Part shown: in pieces, positions 58,874-64,000 of the stretch
Numbering within the stretch: the first letter of the stretch is position 1
How the letters are laid out: each line of letters begins with the position of its first letter
Origin: Candidatus Latescibacterota bacterium
GTDB lineage: Bacteria > Latescibacterota > UBA2968 > UBA8231
NCBI GenBank assembly: GCA_965217585.1
Contig: OZ244561.1
Location: 1,984,001-2,048,000 of the forward strand
Length of the DNA stretch: 64,000 nucleotides
Reading direction: 5' to 3'
The notes under the pieces: generated by a model
What the model saw: only the letters and a program-made list of their open reading frames with translations
The model's database searches: none
Told to the model about the DNA's origin: nothing
Program-made: the position numbers and the translations under genes

Positions 58874-59956
58874 CTATACCGACGGCAATTGCGGCACCAC
58901 TTGATTGGCGAGCAGGTCCATCGAGCGCTCCCATAGCGGCCGGTCGTCCCAGTCGTGGGCGATCATCAGCAGCGTGTCAAAGCCTCCGGTCGTCTCCCAC
59001 AAGCCCGCTAGCTGATCCACGCACGATTGCACGTCGCCTATTATGCACAGATTCCTGATCAGATACTCGGGCGTGACCTCCTCGTCGGGAACGTCCGGAT
59101 CGTGCTTTGTAATGTGGAGCATTTTAGCGCCGCTGAGTACGGCGATCAGGTATTCATAGGCGCGGCTGAAAGCACTTTTCTCGTCGAGGGCGTAGTCCCA
59201 AGCGCGCGCTTCGTCATCGGCGACGAGGATACTGCGCGAGATGCGCCAGCGAGTGCGCTCGGGCGCGGGCAAACCAGCCTCGGTGGCCCCGGCGCTGTAG
59301 GTCTGCCAGTGCTGGGTCAAAGTCGTATCAGCGACGAGGTTGGTGCTGATGGGCAGATAGCCCCGCTGGCCGGCCATGGTCGCGGCCATGGAGTCGCCTC
59401 TTATCACGCTCATGCCAATGGGCGGGTGCGGCTGCTGGTAGGGCTTGAGCAGTTCGCCGATGCCGAGTTCGGGTTGCGGCTCCTCAATTTTGATGCGGTA
59501 GAAATCCCCCGCAAAATCAAAGGGGGCCTCTGCCTGCCAGAGCTTGAGGACCATGTCGATGCTCTCGACAGTCATCAGCCCTTGCGTCTTGGGATCGGGC
59601 AGATCAAAAAGGCCCCAGTCGGTAGCGACGCCGCCCTGGCCGAAACCGCAGTTGAAGCGGCCCTTGGACAGGTGGTCGAGAAAGGCCAGCCGCACCGCAA
59701 CATTGACCGGGTGGTGCTGCGGCATGATGGAGACGCCCGTGCCCAAGCGGATGTTTTGCGTCAGGGGCAGAACGTGGGCGATGAAGAGATCGTTGGACGG
59801 AATCGGCTCCCAAGCGACAGTGTGGTGCTGGCCGATCCAAGCCTCGGTGAAGCCGAGCCGATCGGCGCGGACGACGAACTCGACGTCCTCGGCAAAGCAT
59901 TCGGTGCGGTTTTTTTCCGGGGGATGCAAGGGCATCATAAAGGTGCCGAGTTTCAT
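58874..59956 (-). CDS. LLM-class (luciferase-like) flavin-dependent monooxygenase
   Basis: MKLGTFMMPLHP, GFTEAWIGQHHT, IRLGTGV, LDHLSKGR and KPYQQPHPPI motifs. Confidence 0.9.
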   Translation of the reverse strand: MKLGTFMMPLHPPEKNRTECFAEDVEFVVRADRLGFTEAWIGQHHTVAWEPIPSNDLFIAHVLPLTQNIRLGTGVSIMPQHHPVNVAVRLAFLDHLSKGRFNCGFGQGGVATDWGLFDLPDPKTQGLMTVESIDMVLKLWQAEAPFDFAGDFYRIKIEEPQPELGIGELLKPYQQPHPPIGMSVIRGDSMAATMAGQRGYLPISTNLVADTTLTQHWQTYSAGATEAGLPAPERTRWRISRSILVADDEARAWDYALDEKSAFSRAYEYLIAVLSGAKMLHITKHDPDVPDEEVTPEYLIRNLCIIGDVQSCVDQLAGLWETTGGFDTLLMIAHDWDDRPLWERSMDLLANQVVPQLPSV

Positions 59957-60000
59957 GGTAATCCTCCTCTATGGGGAACGTAGATGCACGGCGCTCTGGT

Positions 60001-61335
60001 TCAGTATCCCAACTCCCGCTCCATTTCTCCAACCACATCTGCGATCACCTGCACCACTTCCTCGACCTGTTCTTCACTAATGGTAAAGGGCGGGCTGATG
60101 GCAATGTGGTCGCCGGCGACGCCGTCGATCAACCCAGGCGACCCAGGCATGATGAGTACGCCCTTGGCAAAGGCGCGATTGACGACCGCGGCAGACACGC
60201 CCTGAGCGGGGTCGAAGGGCGTGTGGGTCGCCTTTGCCTTTGCAAACTCCACGCCGGTGAGCAGGCCCTTGCCGCGCACCGCGCTGACTATGGGTGAGTC
60301 CAGCAAGGGCTGCATCTTCTCCAGCATCAGGTCGCCCATCTGCGCGGAGCGAGCGACTAGGTCGTGGTCCTCGATATAGTCCTGCACGGCGAGGGCAACG
60401 GCGCAGGAGAGCGGATTGCCGCCGTAGGTGTGCCCGTGGACGTAGTGGTTCTGCTTTTTGTAGATCCCGTCGTAGATCTCGTCGCGGACCAAGGTCGCGG
60501 CAATCGGCGTGTACCCGCTACTGAGTCCCTTGCCGGTGGCCAAGATGTCTGGAATGGCGTCCCAGTGCTCAATGCCGAAATTGAGACCCGTGCGTCCGTA
60601 GGCGGTGACGACTTCGTCGATGATCATCAGGATATTGTAGCGGTCGCAGATCGCGCGGATGGTAGGGAAGTAGTCGGGCGGCGGCATCAGGCCGCAACAA
60701 GAAGTGCCCGAGATCGGCTCGGCGATGAAGGCGGCGATGTACTCGCTGCCCTCCTGTTTGATGACCCGCTCCAACTCTTCGGCGCAGGCCAGCGTACAGG
60801 CGGGTCGGTCCTGGCAGTACGGGCAGTGATCTGGGTGGGGGAAGGTGATGTGCGGGAAGTCGAGCAGGTAGGGCACGTAGTCTTCGCGCCAAGTGGAGCG
60901 TCCCGACATGGAAAGCGCGCCGATGGTGTTGCCGTGCCAGCTCTGCCAGCGAGTGATGACTTTGTACTTCTTCGAGTTGCCGGTCTCGACGTGATACTTG
61001 CGGGCGATCTTGAGCGCGGCCTCCGTGGCTTCAGAGCCGCCGGAGACAAAGAAGACGCGGTTGAGGTCGCCGGGGGCCATGGCGGCAAGTTTGTCGGCGA
61101 GATCGATTTGCGGCTGGGTGAGGAAGCGGGCGTAGGTAAAGCAGACCTTGTTCGCCTGCTCCTGCATGACTTCAGCTATCTCCGGGACGCCATGGCCAAT
61201 GGAGACCACGTGGACGCCGGCGCAGGCATCGAGGTAGGCGCGGCCGTCTTCGGCGTAGAGGTAGCAGTCTTTGCCGTGGGAAATCTGCGGCCAGTTGTCG
61301 GTAATGACGCGGTGGAAAATGCGGTCGGTGGTCAT
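60001..61335 (-). CDS. Class III PLP-dependent aminotransferase
   Basis: SGGSEATEAALK, SWHGNT, FIAEP, DEVVTAYGRTG, TGKGLSSG and HGHTYGGNP motifs; start MTTDRIFHR. Confidence 0.92.
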   Translation of the reverse strand: MTTDRIFHRVITDNWPQISHGKDCYLYAEDGRAYLDACAGVHVVSIGHGVPEIAEVMQEQANKVCFTYARFLTQPQIDLADKLAAMAPGDLNRVFFVSGGSEATEAALKIARKYHVETGNSKKYKVITRWQSWHGNTIGALSMSGRSTWREDYVPYLLDFPHITFPHPDHCPYCQDRPACTLACAEELERVIKQEGSEYIAAFIAEPISGTSCCGLMPPPDYFPTIRAICDRYNILMIIDEVVTAYGRTGLNFGIEHWDAIPDILATGKGLSSGYTPIAATLVRDEIYDGIYKKQNHYVHGHTYGGNPLSCAVALAVQDYIEDHDLVARSAQMGDLMLEKMQPLLDSPIVSAVRGKGLLTGVEFAKAKATHTPFDPAQGVSAAVVNRAFAKGVLIMPGSPGLIDGVAGDHIAISPPFTISEEQVEEVVQVIADVVGEMERELGY

Positions 61336-61524
61336 GGAGCCGTCCTTTGTATGTAGTAATGGCAAGGCACTCAAGATACAAAGTCCCAAGAGGCCAGCAT
61401 AGGGCGCGGCCGATTTTGGCGCGTTGCAAGGGTGCAACTCGCTCAATATCTCGATATGTTTCTCTACAAGCTCGCATTTATGGGATAACCCCTGTGGTCG
61501 TCCTTTGTTTGGATAGGCACAAAG

Positions 61525-63717
61525 GTGAGATTGCAAAAAAAATGTAGGCGAGTGCTGGCGGCGTGGCTGCTATCGGCGGGCGTGGCACAGGCGGCGACCC
61601 TGAGCGGCTTTGTCACCGATGCCGACAACGGCGAAGCCCTGAGCCGCGCCGCGGTCGCGGTGGAAGGGCTTCCGCTCGGGGCGGTCAGCAATAACAGCGG
61701 CTACTACGCGGTCAAACAAGTACCGGCTGGCACGCACGTGGTGAGCGCGTCGCACATAGGCTACCAGACCCGGTGGGACACGCTGCGCTTTGGCGCAGAC
61801 GAGATCGTGCGGCTCAGCTTGGCGCTGGTGTCCAAGCCGGTGGACATGGGCGAAGAGGTCTCGGTGGAAGCCGAGCGCATCAGCCTCCGCGCCAAGCCGG
61901 TGCAGCAGTTGCCCGCCCTCGGCGAGGCCGATCTCTTGCGCAGCTTACAGCTACTGCCGGGCATCCAAGCGGTTTCGGATATCAGCAGCGGCTTGTACGT
62001 GCGCGGCGGCGGCCCCGGTCAGACAGCCATCCTCCTCGACGACATTCCGCTGTACAATCCTTCCCACCTCTTCGGCCTCTTCTCGACCTTTAATCCAGAC
62101 GCCATCAAGAAGGTCGATCTGTACAAGGGAGCCTATCCCGCTCCGTATGGCCGCACGCTCGGGGCAGTGCTCGACGTGAGCAACCGCGAGGGCAACCGCA
62201 AGCGAACTAGCGGGCGTGGCGGCGTGAGCCTAATTTCGGGGCGCTTGCTCACCGAGGGACCAGTCGGGCAGGGGTCGTGGATGCTAGCCGGTCGCCGCAC
62301 CTACCTAGAACCCGTGCTCAGCGTCATCCGCTCCCGTGGGGTGGACATCCCACTGGACTATCACTTCTACGACTTCAACGGCAAAGTCAACCAGCGGTGG
62401 GGCGACGACACCTTTACAGTGAGCACGTACTGGAGCCAAGACGACCTGCGGCTTGACCTAGAAGACGACGAAGAGTCTTTCGTCGATCTGCGCTGGGGCA
62501 ACCGCGCCCTGACCGCGCGCTGGACGCACATATTCTCGCCGGCCCTGTTCGGCCATTTCATGGCCGCCGGCTCGTCGTACGAAAGCATCATCGCGCTCCG
62601 TTTTCTCGACGCGCCCGTCCGCATCGCCAACAGCATCCGCGACCTGTCGCTCAAAGGCGACTTGGATTACTTCGCCAACCGCCATCACACGCTTTCTTTG
62701 GGATTTTTGGCCACCCTATTTGAGTTTCACTTTGCCCGGTCTTTCAACGAGCGGACTCAGCTCGACTTGCGCCAAGAGCCGGTGCTGTTGGAAGGCTATG
62801 TGCAGGACGAGTGGCGGGTCGGGCCGACTACGCGGGTGCAACTGGGCGGGCGGGGGACGTACTTCAGCGCAGGGTGCTGTCCGTCCTCCGAATGGGGGAC
62901 GCACCGCTGGCACTTCGCACCGCGGCTGGCTCTGAGTCAGGCGTTGAGCGACAAAGTCCAGGTCAAAGCCGCTGGCGGGGTGTATCGCCAACACCTGCAA
63001 CTGATCACCACTGAGGCCTTCAGCGGCGGCGATTTCTGGGTGCCGCTCGACAACACCGTCGAGCCGGGGCGATCCTATCAGGCCGTCACTGGCGTCGAGT
63101 GGACCCCTTCGCAGCGCTACCAGCTTTCCGTGGAGGCCTATTACACGGACCTTGCCAACCTAGTGACAGTGGATACCGAGGTGGCTGATGACAACGAGGC
63201 CACGCACTCGGACGCGGTATTCAACAGCAACGGCACGGGCTGGGCGAGCGGGATAGAGGTATTTTGGCAGCGGCGCACCGGCGCGCTCACCGGGTGGGTC
63301 GGCTACGCGCTGAGTTGGACGCGGCGGACATTCCCCGAACTCAATGCCGGCCGGCCCTTTCCCCCCAAGCACGACCGCCGCCACGACCTGTCTTTTGTCG
63401 CCTCCTACAAGGTGGGTGCCTGGCGATTCGGCGCGAACTTGGCGTACGCCACCGGACAGGCATTTACGCCGGTCTCCGAGACCCCTGCCCAGCTCAACAG
63501 CGCCCGCCTGTTGCCCTATCACCGCCTCGATGTCAGCGCCAGCCGGTCGTTCGAGCTGTGGAGAGCCGACAGCGAGTTGTACGTGCAGATATTCAATGTG
63601 TACAGCCGCCGCAACGAGTGGTTTGTGCAGCTTGATTCGGTCGAGCCCGAAGTCGATCCACAAAAGATCAAACAATTGCCCATAATCCCCACCCTGGGCT
63701 TCAACTTCGCCTTTTAG
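61525..63717 (+). CDS. TonB-dependent receptor with an N-terminal carboxypeptidase-regulatory-like domain
   Basis: Signal peptide, [12 protein letters not shown], plug LQLLPG...[19 protein letters not shown]-terminal GFNFAF. Confidence 0.9.
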   Translation: MRLQKKCRRVLAAWLLSAGVAQAATLSGFVTDADNGEALSRAAVAVEGLPLGAVSNNSGYYAVKQVPAGTHVVSASHIGYQTRWDTLRFGADEIVRLSLALVSKPVDMGEEVSVEAERISLRAKPVQQLPALGEADLLRSLQLLPGIQAVSDISSGLYVRGGGPGQTAILLDDIPLYNPSHLFGLFSTFNPDAIKKVDLYKGAYPAPYGRTLGAVLDVSNREGNRKRTSGRGGVSLISGRLLTEGPVGQGSWMLAGRRTYLEPVLSVIRSRGVDIPLDYHFYDFNGKVNQRWGDDTFTVSTYWSQDDLRLDLEDDEESFVDLRWGNRALTARWTHIFSPALFGHFMAAGSSYESIIALRFLDAPVRIANSIRDLSLKGDLDYFANRHHTLSLGFLATLFEFHFARSFNERTQLDLRQEPVLLEGYVQDEWRVGPTTRVQLGGRGTYFSAGCCPSSEWGTHRWHFAPRLALSQALSDKVQVKAAGGVYRQHLQLITTEAFSGGDFWVPLDNTVEPGRSYQAVTGVEWTPSQRYQLSVEAYYTDLANLVTVDTEVADDNEATHSDAVFNSNGTGWASGIEVFWQRRTGALTGWVGYALSWTRRTFPELNAGRPFPPKHDRRHDLSFVASYKVGAWRFGANLAYATGQAFTPVSETPAQLNSARLLPYHRLDVSASRSFELWRADSELYVQIFNVYSRRNEWFVQLDSVEPEVDPQKIKQLPIIPTLGFNFAF

Positions 63718-63724
63718 GCCCCAT

Positions 63725-63754
63725 CGTAGGGGCGACCGGCCGGTCGCCCCTACG
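63725..63754. repeat. GTAG-type REP palindrome (perfect, 30 bp)
   Basis: CGTAGGGGCGACCGGCCGGTCGCCCCTACG, starting 8 bp after the receptor stop. Confidence 0.85.
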
Positions 63755-63833
63755 CGACGTGTTGGAATCCATCCTACCGCCCGACCTCTATCCCCAATTC
63801 TACGGTGACAATTGTCCATTATTTGTCTATATA

Positions 63834-63929
63834 ATTATGCCCTCCGACGATCTGCTGCACTACTTTCAGGACGATCTGGTCCTGGAGGCGCAGTGGCGGG
63901 TCGATGGCCGGCATTACGCCCGCACGGCC
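63834..63929 (+). pseudogene. Internal fragment of a cyclopropane-synthase-like SAM methyltransferase
   Basis: [32 protein letters not shown] is typical of that family; both flanks are unrelated. Confidence 0.6.
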
Positions 63930-64000
63930 TATACGGAGGGGGTAGCAGCCAAGCGGGTTTAGGGGGTTAAAAGGAAATGGTAAGTATCGCACTATTGTTT

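Noticed and set aside
61840-63510. Possible small in-frame deletions in the TonB-dependent receptor (VEAER|ISL; FTP|VSETPA)
   Set aside because: These linkers and loops vary naturally in length; this cannot be supported without an alignment.
1-64000. tRNA, rRNA, riboswitch or prophage
   Set aside because: No cloverleaf, rRNA-like tract, recognisable aptamer or phage structural gene seen by eye; an Rfam scan was not possible.

Overview
GC-rich bacterial chromosome segment with no rRNA, tRNA, CRISPR array, integrase or intact transposase that I can recognise. It holds seven PhyH-family dioxygenases plus one further 2OG-Fe(II) oxygenase, three aldo/keto reductases, Gfo/Idh/MocA and amidohydrolase genes, a DUF6785-like membrane protein, three tandem FlgD-Ig-tailed exported proteins, a dockerin/PD40 lipoprotein and a yejABEF operon with two yejA. 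This content suggests an FCB-group organism such as Candidatus Latescibacterota, possibly host- or sponge-associated (inference only). Main observations: (i) small integrase-free gene inserts flanked by diverged duplicates of neighbouring gene segments (5362-5992, 14480-17117, 18081-19575); (ii) an AT-rich, coupled two-gene membrane module of unknown function inside one of them; (iii) tandem ~880-aa surface paralogues with a near-identical scaffold and divergent loops; (iv) a six-blade propeller of 132-bp repeats that vary mainly in one short window; (v) a divergent NCS2 permease fused to a degenerate HATPase-like domain next to a collapsed Tsx-like porin gene; (vi) several genes collapsed by internal deletion; (vii) a 122-bp MITE and two GTAG-type REP palindromes. 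All family assignments are by motif recognition and memory; no database searches were run.
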